DNA from: an uncultured Acidimicrobiia bacterium
GTDB taxonomy: Bacteria; Acidobacteriota; Terriglobia; Versatilivoradales; Versatilivoraceae
Reading direction: 5' to 3'
Assembly (NCBI GenBank): GCA_963786955.1
Contig: CAWBAT010000005.1
Span: 32,001 to 96,000, forward strand
Length of the DNA: 64,000 bases
In this document: piece after piece, positions 19,726 through 30,238 of the stretch
Position numbering within the stretch: position 1 is the first letter of the stretch
Layout: every line of letters begins with the position of its first letter
The notes under the pieces: generated by a model
What the model saw: the letters and a program-made list of their open reading frames with translations, nothing else
The model's database searches: none
What the model was told of the DNA's origin: nothing
Program-made: the position numbers and the translations under genes

Positions 19726-22086
19726 TCAATGAATCGCTTTAGTCACTTTTGTAGGTGCCGTATTTGCCTTCGGCAGATCAAAATCAAAACCAGGATAGGC
19801 GATCCGGCTGTGATAAAAGCTGGACAAGGTTTCGAGAAAACTGAAAGTGATCCGCTCAATATCCGCCAGGGTAATTTCGCACTCCGAGAACTGCCCATCC
19901 TCAGCCGCAGTCGAAACGATTGTTTGAATTAAGGCGAGGAGTGTCTGCTGATTATGTTCTCTCAGTGTGCGGGCCGCGGCTTCGACTCCGTCTGCCAGCA
20001 TGATGATAGCCGCCTCCTTACTCTGAGGTTTCGGTCCAGCATAGCGGAATTCTTCTTCATTAAGATGTATCGCGGCCGTTCCTGCCAGTTTCTTAGCCTT
20101 TTCAAAGAAAAAAGAGAGTGACCTGGTCCCATGGTGTTGCGGGATGATATCAACAATGGGCGGCGGCAGATTGGCTGATTCAGCCATACGCACGCCCTGA
20201 GTCACATGTTCTTTCAACAGTTTGACACTTTCCTCAGGACTCAATCGTTCATGCGGATTTTCCCCTTGCTGGTTCTCAACAAAATACTCTGGATGTAGAG
20301 ACTTCCCAATATCGTGATAAAGACAAGCTACTCTTACGAATAATGGATTAAGCCCTATAGTTTTGGCCGCTCCTTCGGCCAAAGTCCCCACAGCGATGCT
20401 GTGGTTATAAGTTCCCGGCGCCTTGAGAATCAACTCCCGAATCAAAGGTAAGTTGTGATTGCCAAGCTCAGACAGGCGAATCTCGGTGGTCACTAGGAAC
20501 AGGCGTTCAAGGAGCGGCAAGGAAAACACCAGGAGACTGGCATTAATTGGTCCAGAAAGAAACGCTAACGTGGCTCCAAAAATCCCGATCTGAAAATCCA
20601 TGGGCACACTTTCAGACATTTGAAGAAAAAGAAACAGCCCCACGGCTACTAAACCAAGCTTAAACCCGGATGCGACTATGCCCACACGCTGCGCGGCATT
20701 GCGCACGGTTAGAATTCCAACCAGGCTCGATATCAGAACATAGAAAAAGCCTGAATAATTGCTTTGTGCGGCTTGCCCTAACAACACGCAATTAATAATC
20801 AGGAATACCAGAGCAATGCGCTCTTCAGTGAGGAGCGCCATCAACATACCACCCAAGGCAAACGGAAGGGCAAAGAAGAAGTAGGACTTCTCACTGAGCG
20901 GAGGTGCCACGAAATTCCTGCTGAGGGAGTCATAAACAAACCAAAAAACCTTCACCAATAGAATGTTGAAGATCAAGAATGACACTGCAGAGGGCAAGGA
21001 GCTTGTCAAAGCTCCATTGCCCTTTAGAAAATGGCCGAAGGAATAAAGAGAAGCTCAGTAATAGGAAAGTAAGCAGGACTGTCATAGCGCTCACTTTCTT
21101 TAGGGAGAAGCGGTCGGGAGTAAGGTTCCGAACCGCTTCAATCTGATAGAGTTGGTCAGATGAGACTTCGTCCCCTTGTCGAAGGATCACTTTCCCTTTC
21201 TTCAGCTGACGCAAAACAGGGTCGACGTTTGCCGCAGCTTCGATCTCTCGTGCCCGCGTCATTTCCAAGTCAAACTTCAAGTTGGGCGCGACCAATCCTG
21301 TGAGAAAAGACTTTATCAACGCCACTGAGCCTGAATTGAAAAAGTTGCTCTGGTCGAGAAGGCCACTGATCTGTATTCGAGCCTGATCCATAGTCAATAA
21401 GCGGCTAACAGGGACAGTTACCTCTTTGGCAGAAACACTATTGACCACTTCAATAATTTCCTTCTTGCGGAAGATTTTTTGTTCTTCCTGAACGATATAA
21501 CTTGAAAATACCTTTTGCAGGATCGTCACAATGGATTGCTCCATGTCGGTGCTAAAGCGTTCTTGAACGAGAAGAGCACTCAATTCTTCGTTTATCGGCC
21601 CAGGGATTAGATGACTCAATTCAGCAGTTATTTGGACCTTCAATTCGTGAGGTATTTTCTTGAAGAAACGGCGTGAAGCGGGTTTGGAAATGCCGTGCTG
21701 AGATTTGAATCCCGGCAGATTCCAGATCATGTCGGCATTGGTTGAAAGCATTTTTGACCCTTGAAATTTGACCATCCCCCAGGAGAGGATCAAAGCGGTA
21801 TACGGGCAACACATTTTCACGAGCGCGTACCTTCTGACTCTCGGTAGCGGCTTCGTCTTTGATTAATACATCATATGGGACGACAACATCGCGCACGGGC
21901 GATGTCACCAATGGAATATCGAGGTGCGTTAAATCCCTGGTGGTCTGAAAAAAGGAAACTCAGGAACCCGGAAATGAAAAACACGACGAAGAGAATTCGA
22001 AGCAAGCGGTAAACACTAAGCTTCTCGATTCTCTTGTCGCTCAAACAGAAGCTTTTTGAGAGCTTTGCGAGACCTGTAATCTTCAT
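19726..22086 (-). CDS. 7TM-HD (HDIG) phosphohydrolase, PgpH-like, split by three frameshifts
   Basis: APGTYNHS, YHDIGK, YFVENQ, PQHHGT, FRYAGPKPQSKEAAIIMLAD and HSRIAYP. The extracellular 7TM-HD-type domain (GDIA..DV, KKGKVILRQGD) is in adjacent frames. Confidence 0.85.
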
Positions 22087-22537
22087 AACAAGGTTTCAAC
22101 TAGAGCTGGAAGGCCTCCCCATGAACATTTCCCCGCCTGCAATAATATACTGAAATTGTTTGCCTTACTAACCACTACAGAAGATTTCCCGCCAATATCC
22201 CGTCTTGCCTGTATTGTACGTACCCTCCTTGTATCCTAATCTAAACAGTAGAAGGGGATCGCAGTGAAGCAATGGCTGCGAACTTGATTTAAGTGGACGT
22301 AGTGCGATTAGTTCTATTGATTGTCCTTATTGAGCTGGGAGTACTGGGACTCGGATTGATTTGGGCGGCCCTGCTGACATTTCTTGGAAAAGACACGTAC
22401 ATCCGTCATCGATCTCCAAGATAGGGGCATTCCATTTACGCCCAAAAACACACTGTAGAGGCCTCGTTCTCTTCTAGAGTTTCTGATCTGTCCATTCTGA
22501 GTTGATACGAATTTTGAGTGCTTGAAAGGAAAATCCC

Positions 22538-23775
22538 ATGGCAGATTTCTATCAAACTGGGGTCGTCACGACACTGCACCGCTTCAAACCTAATAATGAT
22601 CTTCCCCATCTTGAGCGAAGAACTTGAGAAATTCTCAAAAAACACTTCAATCTCCTTAGTCTTGCCGGCTCTCTATTCCGAGTTTCAAAGGCCAGCTATG
22701 AAAAAGATCCTCGAGGAGCTGAAGCGGGTTCGTTATTTGCGTCACGTCGTTTTGGCCCTAGCCAGAGCAGATCAGGAACAGTACGAAGAAGTCAAATCAA
22801 TGCTCTTCGATCTCCCGCAGGACGTTACGATCCTGTGGATTGACGGAGATCGAATTCAAGCTCTCTTTCAGATGCTGGAAGAACATGGACTTTCGGCTAG
22901 GAGGCGACGGTAAAGGCAGATCCTGCTGGCTGGCTTACGGTTATTTATTGGCTTCAGCTGATTGCGACGTGATCGTATTGCATGACTGCGACATCGTGAA
23001 TTATGACCGCCTGTTATTAGCCCGCCTTTGCTATCCAGTAACTCATCCAAACCTCGGATTTGAGTTCTGCAAGGGCTATTACGCGCGCGTCACCGACAGA
23101 ATGCATGGCCGCGTAACTCGGCTCTTCATGGCGCCGCTCATTCGGGCAATGGAAAGCATGTACCCTACGGCGCCTTTCTTGAAATTTTTAGATAGTTTCC
23201 GTTATCCCTTAGCCGGCGAATTTGCTATGAGAGCCGATCTGGCGCGTGTGAATCGAATCCCCGGCGACTGGGGCCTTGAAATCGGCGTTCTTGCGGAAGT
23301 CTTTCGGAATTGTGCTGTCTCACGGATCTGCCAAGTGGATCTCGCCGACACCTATGAACATAAACACCAGGCACTGTCAGAAGACGATCCAACCAAAGGG
23401 CTGCGCCGTATGGCGACTGACATTGCCAAATCACTATTCCGTACTCTTGCCGCTGAGGGTTTGGTCTATGCCCAAGGCTCATTCAGGAGTCTGGGGGTGC
23501 GTTATGTCCGGATGGCAGAGGATACGATATCCCGTTACTACGCAGATGCGATGCTGAATGGGTTGAAGTTTGATCGGCATGGGGAGGAGCTGGCGGTGGC
23601 CACATTCGCTTGTAGCCTGCGTCAAGCGGCCGAAGAATTTACCCAGGATCCACTCGGACTTCCGCTTATCCCCAACTGGAACAGGGTGGTTGCGGCGATC
23701 CCTGAATTTTTTGAACTCTTGCGAATGGCCGTGGTTGCAGACAACCAGATGGGTGTTTGGAAGAGAGGAGATCAA
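22538..23775 (+). CDS. gpgS: Glucosyl-3-phosphoglycerate synthase-like glycosyltransferase (frameshifts near 22615 and 22900)
   Basis: Family N-terminus MADFYQTGVVTTLHRF, then GKGRSCW, HDCDI, FCKGYY, GRVTRL, YPLAGEF, WGLEIG, YEHKHQ and IPNWNRV. No stop before the next domain. Confidence 0.75.
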
Positions 23776-25129
23776 ATGCAGGAGATAGTCATGCCGCCCG
23801 ACGCTGTCCGGGCGGCCAATGATTTGCGCCAGGCTGATATCGTCGTCGGGATTCCCAGTTATAACAACATTCGAACCATTCGCCACGTCGTGCAGGCTGT
23901 TCAGACGGGATTGAGTAAGTATTTCCCCCAGTTTAACTCGGTAATTATTAACTCAGATGGCGGCTCGAAGGATGGTACCAGAGAGGCTGTCTTGTCTACC
24001 CGAATCGAAGACTCTCATCTGCTGCTTCTCCCGACTCCACTCTTTCCGATACACCGGCTCTCATTCCCTTATCATGGAATACCCGGGAAAGGCAGCGCCT
24101 TCCGCATGATTTTCCGTTTAGCTGAGATATTACAGTCCAAAGTATGTGCCGTGGTCGATTCGGACCTGCGTTCCATCACGCCAGAATGGGTCGATTCGCT
24201 GGTACGTCCCATTCTTCTTGGCCAACTATGATTTTGTGGCGCCTTATTACCACCGTCATAAATACGATGGGACGATCACCAATAGTATTGTTTATCCTCT
24301 GACTCGATCTTTATACGGACTCGATGTGCGGCAACCGATCGGGGGAGATTTTGCGATTTCGGCTCGCCTGATTTCTCGCTATCTCAAAAGAAAGGATTGG
24401 GAAACCGACGTTGCCCGCTTTGGAATTGATATTTGGATGAGCACCATCGCCATGGCTGAAAGATTCCGGGTCTGTCAGAGTTTTCTCGGGGCGAAATTGC
24501 ACGATACCAAAGATCCCGGCTCTGATTTGAGCGCCATGCTGCACCAAGTTGTCGGCAGCGTCTTCACTCTCATGCAGGAATATGAACCTGTTTGGCGAGA
24601 AGCAGAAGGAGAGCGAACCTGTCGACCTCTTTGGGTTTCGCTTTGATGTGGGTTTGGATCCCATCGAGTAAACGTGGATCGTATGTTGAGAGCTTTTCGG
24701 AACGGCTGCCAGGAATTGGGAGAAATATGGTCCTTAGCTCTTCAGCGTGACACCTATGAGTCTATTTTGAAAAAGGGTCTAAACATAGGCAGCGATCCTG
24801 CAGAATTTCATCTTGAAGACGAGCTGTGGGTCCGGGTGATCTACGATTATTCGGTTGCCTACAAGGAGCAACCGATTGAGCGTGGCCATTTGCTCCGCGC
24901 CTTGACGCCTCTGTATCTGGCCAAGGTTGCCTCATTCGTGCTCGAAACTGAACATATGCTGCCCGCTGAGTTTGAAGGAAAAATTGAAAATCTATGCATT
25001 TGCTTCGAGAGGCTAAAACCTTATTTGGTATCACGCTGGAATGGCAAGATTGGGGAGGTATCCCTCGAAAAAGCTGCGGTCGATGGGGGCGAGGCCAAAA
25101 AGATGCAAGCAACAACCATGGGGGTATAA
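23776..25129 (+). CDS. ggs: Glucosylglycerate synthase-like GT2 glycosyltransferase (frameshifts near 24220, 24610 and 24669)
   Basis: RBS gaggag + ATG 23776, then VGIPSYNN, SDGGSKDGT, YHGIPGKGSA, DSDLRSITPEW, RHKYDGTITN, RQPIGGDF, FGIDIWM and PLYLAKVASF. Confidence 0.75.
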
Positions 25130-25132
25130 TCT

Positions 25133-25837
25133 ATGTTCGAAACTCTACGTCATATCCTGGAAATCACTCTCGAGCGGCTTTCTACCCAAATCACGATTTA
25201 CCTACCGGGGCTTCTAGCCGCATTAACCATTGTGTTGGGGGCCTATGTGATGGGCCGTTTGACCCGCTGGGTGATGAACAAGATCTTCAAAGGGATGGCG
25301 CTCGATCGCTTTTTACAACAGAGTGGTCTATCAACCTTGTTAAGCCGGTCAGGAAGTCTGCACTCAACACGTTTGGTTGCAGAATCCGCCTATTGGGTCA
25401 TTCTCCTTGTGGGCCTGTTAACGGGATTGAGCGCCTTTAATACCAATATCACGACACGCATGACCGAGACGGTTGTGCTCCTTTTTCCAAAACTAATCAC
25501 GGCAGCCGTTATCCTTCTCGTAGGCGTTTGGCTTGGCCAATATCTCGGCCGAAGCACACTCGTGTGGGCTGTGAATGAAGGGCTTCCCTTTGCAAGACGA
25601 ATTGCAACTGGAGTACGAGTGGCAATCCTTTTTGTAGCCGTCGTTGTGGTTGCCGATCAGCTCAACTTTGCCCGAAACGTCTTTCTTTCGGCATTTCTGA
25701 TTTTGGCCGGTGGAGCAGTCCTCACAATCAGTTTGATTCTTGGTCTGCGAAGCCGTGACTGGATCAGTCAATTCAAGCAGGGCAAGGACTCCCATTCTGA
25801 GGAACCACTCGAGCGCTCTTTCCGTCGTCATATTTAG
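25133..25837 (+). CDS. Mechanosensitive-channel-associated TM-helix (CmpX-like) membrane protein
   Basis: Two copies of the conserved YLPGLLAA / FPKLITAA TM-helix motif; no full MscS beta-domain. Confidence 0.7.
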   Translation: MFETLRHILEITLERLSTQITIYLPGLLAALTIVLGAYVMGRLTRWVMNKIFKGMALDRFLQQSGLSTLLSRSGSLHSTRLVAESAYWVILLVGLLTGLSAFNTNITTRMTETVVLLFPKLITAAVILLVGVWLGQYLGRSTLVWAVNEGLPFARRIATGVRVAILFVAVVVVADQLNFARNVFLSAFLILAGGAVLTISLILGLRSRDWISQFKQGKDSHSEEPLERSFRRHI

Positions 25838-25916
25838 CAGGATGTGGGGCATGTCCTCATAGGCAACATGATGACAAACAAAGAATCCTACTTCGCCACG
25901 AAAGGAGAGGACAGGC

Positions 25917-26897
25917 ATGAATGATGCGAGAAGAACCGATCACGTGTGGTCAGTGATACTTTCTGGAGGAGAAGGCGAGCGCCTCCGCCCCTTCGTTCAA
26001 CGCTGGCTTGGTCGCCCCAAACCAAAACAATATTGTACATTCGTGGGGAAAAGATCGATGTTCCAGCATACGATTGCCCGGGCAAATCTGATTAGCGAAC
26101 CAGAGAGGACTGTCACCGTAATCAGCCACCATCATCTCTCCGAGGCGATACTGCAGCTTGACGATAAGAACTACCGAAATATGATCCTGCAGCCTACAAA
26201 CCGAGATACTGCGGCAGGTGTTTTCCTTGCCCTCTCTCACGCAAGCGTGCACGACCCGTCGGCAACCGTTGTCATTTTTCCTTCGGATCACTTTGTGTTT
26301 CCGGAATATCGATTCCTAGAGGCAGTCAGGAGCGCGGTTCGGGCCTCAGATCTCTTTCCGGAAAAAGTGTTCTTGTTAGGCGTTTCACCCGGCAATCCTG
26401 AGGTTGATTACGGGTGGATTCGGAGACGGAATCAATTGGGCTGGGCCGATGAGTTTCGAGTCGATGCAGTCGAGTCTTTTCTGGAAAAACCGAGCCTGGA
26501 AATTTGCAAAACCGCCATGAAATCAGGGGCCCTTTGGAATACCATGGTGCTCATTTCCAGAGCGGAAAATTTATGGAAATTGGGTCGACAAGTCTTTCCC
26601 GACATTATTTCTTTGTTTGAGAAGTACAAGGACGCGATTGGGTCGGATCATGAGAAAGCGGTTCTTGATTCCATTTACGAATCCATGCCGAAGAGAAATT
26701 TCTCGGCGGATTGTTTGCAGCGTTTTCCAGAGGAGCTTGCGGTCATTGAGCTCAATGACATCCTATGGTCCGACTGGGGTCGTCAGGAACGGATTGTGGA
26801 GACCCTCCGACGAATCGGCCGAAAACCCTCTTTTAGGGTGTTGGGATGTGAAAAATCCCGAAAAGGCTTATCGGACTTTAGGGCAAGCGAAATTTAG
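25917..26897 (+). CDS. Sugar-phosphate nucleotidyltransferase (mannose-1-phosphate guanylyltransferase-like)
   Basis: ILSGGEGERL, PKQY, QPTNRDTA, PSDH, FLEKP and WSDWG. Confidence 0.85.
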   Translation: MNDARRTDHVWSVILSGGEGERLRPFVQRWLGRPKPKQYCTFVGKRSMFQHTIARANLISEPERTVTVISHHHLSEAILQLDDKNYRNMILQPTNRDTAAGVFLALSHASVHDPSATVVIFPSDHFVFPEYRFLEAVRSAVRASDLFPEKVFLLGVSPGNPEVDYGWIRRRNQLGWADEFRVDAVESFLEKPSLEICKTAMKSGALWNTMVLISRAENLWKLGRQVFPDIISLFEKYKDAIGSDHEKAVLDSIYESMPKRNFSADCLQRFPEELAVIELNDILWSDWGRQERIVETLRRIGRKPSFRVLGCEKSRKGLSDFRASEI

Positions 26898-26936
26898 CAA
26901 CGGTTGAATTGAAGACAGCATCAATCGGCAAACACG

Positions 26937-27104
26937 ATGAACTTGGATTCTATTTCAGTATTTTGCAGGCACTTAAAAGAGTTGCTTAGCGAAAAATGGG
27001 GGACTGTATTTCACAATGAATCAGCTGTAAGAAAAGGAAAAGAGGGACAACTCCTAGGATCGATTCAAATGAGGTACGGAAGGACACGCAACGACGCTGC
27101 GTGA
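26937..27104 (+). CDS. csbD: CsbD/YjbJ-family general stress protein (below ORF-track cutoff)
   Basis: Manual translation MNLDSISVFCRHLKELLSEKWGTVFHNESAVRKGKEGQLLGSIQMRYGRTRNDAA matches the CsbD pattern EKWG...GK..QL.G.IQ.RYG. Confidence 0.65.
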   Translation: MNLDSISVFCRHLKELLSEKWGTVFHNESAVRKGKEGQLLGSIQMRYGRTRNDAA

Positions 27105-27276
27105 AACAATAGGAAGATGGAGCAGAATGCCACTGAGAATAATTGAATCTTAATGGATTACGAAGCGGATTCGTAGCTCTATGTGCGCCAGATGTATTAA
27201 CCAGAAGGAAGTCGTGAATTCAAATACAGTGGGCTCCGATTCCAAAGTCACTGGTTCCTTTGGAAGAAAGCGAATC

Positions 27277-28083
27277 TCAATGTTCGGCAGCGGTCATCTC
27301 GAGAATCGCATCATTCCAGCCCTCAGGGCCCGGCTGCGCGGTGAGGCGCGCTGCTGGGAGATGAGGCATGATCTTTTCTGAGTGAATTGATCTAATCAAG
27401 ATGGGAGTGTCGACCAGTCGCAGAAAAGGCAAATCGTTAAAACTGTCGCCTAACCCAATTGTGTAAATGTGGGGATCCAGCTTTCCATAAAGATCATTAA
27501 GAGCCTGAACCGCCGCCGCTTTATCATTGCCTCCCAGGATATGGTAGAAACGCCCACCCCGTGTCCATTGCTTGCCCTGTTCTTCAATGGCTTTCAGCAA
27601 CAACTCTCCCCTTTCCCTGTCCAAAATCTTAAAAGGCTCATCAAATTCCCTCTTTTTGGCTGCTTCTGCCTGTTCCATCGGGATTCCGCAAACAGTAGCA
27701 ACTTCTTCGACCGTCATCTCGTGAAAACCTTTCACTTTGCACTGACTTCTCCGAGACGCCAACATTAAGGCTGAGACCAGGGATTGGTATGGATCACCCA
27801 GTTCTATGAGATCATAGCCATCTCGTGGCTTGGCTCTTTGAACTGCAAACGGGAAATAGGCTTTTGGAATGAAAACGCCACCGCCATTTTCCACCATAAA
27901 TGGGTCCCGGTTGTTCAATTTGTCGCGCCAAAATCCTACTTCTGATCGTGTTTTGCTGGTAACGAGGATGAGTGGTATCCTCTGAAAGTGGAGTTGGTTG
28001 AGAGCTGGTTCGGCCGGCGTGAACGAATAAGTGTCGTGATCCAGCAGAGTTCCATCAAGATCGGTATAAATAAGTTTCATCAT
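27277..28083 (-). CDS. mpgP: Mannosyl/glucosyl-3-phosphoglycerate phosphatase (HAD-IIB)
   Basis: TDLDGTLLD, TSKTRSE, VENGG, REFDEPF, GGRFYH and GLGDSFND. Confidence 0.9.
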   Translation of the reverse strand: MMKLIYTDLDGTLLDHDTYSFTPAEPALNQLHFQRIPLILVTSKTRSEVGFWRDKLNNRDPFMVENGGGVFIPKAYFPFAVQRAKPRDGYDLIELGDPYQSLVSALMLASRRSQCKVKGFHEMTVEEVATVCGIPMEQAEAAKKREFDEPFKILDRERGELLLKAIEEQGKQWTRGGRFYHILGGNDKAAAVQALNDLYGKLDPHIYTIGLGDSFNDLPFLRLVDTPILIRSIHSEKIMPHLPAARLTAQPGPEGWNDAILEMTAAEH

Positions 28084-28173
28084 ACCCGAAGCTTAACAAG
28101 GAATTATCGGTTGATCTATCCAGCCATGGTTGTATTTAATATCTCAATTCCACAGTAGGCCAAGAGGATTTTC

Positions 28174-29517
28174 ATGACACGACGGTCGTGGCCTGTCCTG
28201 ACGATCGGTTTTGGGATCTTGCTGACGCTAATCATGATCTTGGGCGCAGAAGCGATCCGCCGAGTTCAGCGAATCAATAACGAGATCGCTTCCATCCAGC
28301 AAAGATTTCAACATAGCGACAGCGTTTTGAGTCACGTGAGGTCTCAGGTTTATCTTTCTGGAATCCTGATACGTGATTTCTTGCTTGATCCTTCCAGCTT
28401 AGGTGGTGCTTCCATTAAAGAACAGCTTGTCGAGAATCGCTCCTCTATTGACCAGCAATTGGATGGACTTGAGCCGCAATTGAATCCTTATGAAGCGGAA
28501 CTGTTGAAGCGCCTGCATAAAGAAGTTGATCATTATTGGGAGAGTATGGACCCCATTTTTTCCTGGACTGTTCAAGAAAAGGCGGCGTTGAGCTCCTTTT
28601 TCTTGAGGAAGCAGGTCCTGCCGCGTCGTGAGGCGGTTCTATCCATCGCCGACCAAATCCGCAAAGTGAATGAATCCAATTTCGAACGCCAACGAGAAGG
28701 GGTTCGTCAAAGCTGGGCAAATTTTCATGGCTTTCTGATCCGCGTGACTGGCATTTCTTTGATTCTAGGTATTGGAGTGGCAGTCGTAAGCGTCTTACGG
28801 ATGCATCGTCTGGAATTCCATTCTGAGCAGCAACGGCAGCAGTCGGAACAGACCAAAGCGGACCTGCGTCGGCTTTCCCAGCAATTAGTACGGACCCAGG
28901 AACATGAGCGCACGTTGATCTCCAGAGAATTACATGATGAGGTAGGACAGATTCTGACCGGCTTGAAAATGGAACTGGGGAACCTGGAAAAGGTTCGACA
29001 CACCAATGGGCCCGAATTCCGAGAACACCTGGAAGGAGCCCGCAGTCTCGGCAGTCGAGCTCTTGACGTCGTTCGCAACATGGCCATGGGACTGCGGCCC
29101 TCCATGTTAGATGACTTAGGATTGGTGCCAGCCATTGAATGGCTGTCTAAGGAATTCTCCCGGCGGAGCAGAATTCCAGTTGATTTGCAGATTGACGGCA
29201 AACTGGATCACCTCTCCGACATGCACCGAACTTGCATCTACCGGGTGGTCCAGGAAGCTTTGACCAATTGTGCACGGCATTCTCAGGCAAAGAATATTCA
29301 AATCAGCTTACATGGCGACAGAGACTTCCTTTCATTAGCCATTCGGGATGATGGGGTCGGGTATGACAGAGCGAAGAGGTATTCCGGCGGTATAGGGTTG
29401 ATCGGTATTGAAGAAAGGGTTAAAGAATTAAATGGAACCGTTGAGATTGTTTCCCAGCCGCACAAAGGAACCTTGATCCAAGTGAAAATTCCCCATAGCA
29501 AGGAAGTGGAAGTATGA
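28174..29517 (+). CDS. Sensor histidine kinase (four-helix sensor, HisKA_3)
   Basis: Two TM helices, SRELHDEVGQ, LRPSMLDDLGL, QEALTN and DDGVG. Confidence 0.92.
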   Translation: MTRRSWPVLTIGFGILLTLIMILGAEAIRRVQRINNEIASIQQRFQHSDSVLSHVRSQVYLSGILIRDFLLDPSSLGGASIKEQLVENRSSIDQQLDGLEPQLNPYEAELLKRLHKEVDHYWESMDPIFSWTVQEKAALSSFFLRKQVLPRREAVLSIADQIRKVNESNFERQREGVRQSWANFHGFLIRVTGISLILGIGVAVVSVLRMHRLEFHSEQQRQQSEQTKADLRRLSQQLVRTQEHERTLISRELHDEVGQILTGLKMELGNLEKVRHTNGPEFREHLEGARSLGSRALDVVRNMAMGLRPSMLDDLGLVPAIEWLSKEFSRRSRIPVDLQIDGKLDHLSDMHRTCIYRVVQEALTNCARHSQAKNIQISLHGDRDFLSLAIRDDGVGYDRAKRYSGGIGLIGIEERVKELNGTVEIVSQPHKGTLIQVKIPHSKEVEV

Positions 29518-30164
29518 AGCCCATCCGTGTACTCCTGGCTGATGATCACGGCGTCGTGCGCAAAGGGTTGCGTTTCATGCTGGAGCAGCAACCGGGGATG
29601 TCGGTAGTGGGAGAAGCCTGCGATGGGAGAGAAGCCGTGAAGCTGGCCGCAGAACAGAACCCTGACGTCGTAATCATGGACATTGGCATGCCTATCCTCA
29701 ACGGGATCGAGGCGGCTGCGCAGATTGTGAAACGAAATCCAGATATTGGCGTGATTTTTCTGAGTATGCACTCAGATGAAAGTTACCTATTACGAGCCTT
29801 GACTGCGGGAGCCAAAGGTTACTTGCTGAAAGATTCAGCAGAAACTGATTTGGTGAGAGCTGTGCAGGCTATCGCTGCCCATAAGCCTTTTTTCAGTCCG
29901 GCAATTGCCAATACCCTTCTTGAAGATTACTTGCGCCACCTACAGCAGAAAGGGATACAGGACTCCTACGACCTGCTGACCGAAAGGGAGAAAGAGATCC
30001 TGCAACTCATCGCGGAAGGTAAGTCTAACAAAGAAGTGGCGACGTTGTTGAATATTAGCTTGTACACCGTTGAAACCCACCGCACTCATATTATGCAAAA
30101 GCTAAACCTGCATAATACGGCTGAGATCGTTTTGTATGCTGTTCGCAAGAAAATCATTTCTTGA
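29514..30164 (+). CDS. NarL/LuxR-family response regulator
   Basis: LLADDH, MDIGMP and an LTEREKEILQLIAEG HTH; ATGA overlap with the kinase. Confidence 0.95.
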   Translation: MKPIRVLLADDHGVVRKGLRFMLEQQPGMSVVGEACDGREAVKLAAEQNPDVVIMDIGMPILNGIEAAAQIVKRNPDIGVIFLSMHSDESYLLRALTAGAKGYLLKDSAETDLVRAVQAIAAHKPFFSPAIANTLLEDYLRHLQQKGIQDSYDLLTEREKEILQLIAEGKSNKEVATLLNISLYTVETHRTHIMQKLNLHNTAEIVLYAVRKKIIS

Positions 30165-30238
30165 GTGGCTGCGAAACTAGATTCAAAAAAATGGTGAGGC
30201 TATTTTCTTCCTTTTGGATTCCCGAGACTTGGAAGACT

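Noticed and set aside
22290-22425. Possible ~43-aa hydrophobic peptide upstream of gpgS
   Set aside because: GTG start with no clear RBS and no family resemblance; cannot be supported from sequence alone.
24669-24671. TAA in the ggs gene as a recoding site
   Set aside because: The downstream coding sequence is in a different frame. One missing G (gag gta aac) restores it, so it is an indel.
27102-27104. TGA ending the csbD-like ORF as selenocysteine
   Set aside because: Not a Cys position in the family and no SECIS-like hairpin follows.
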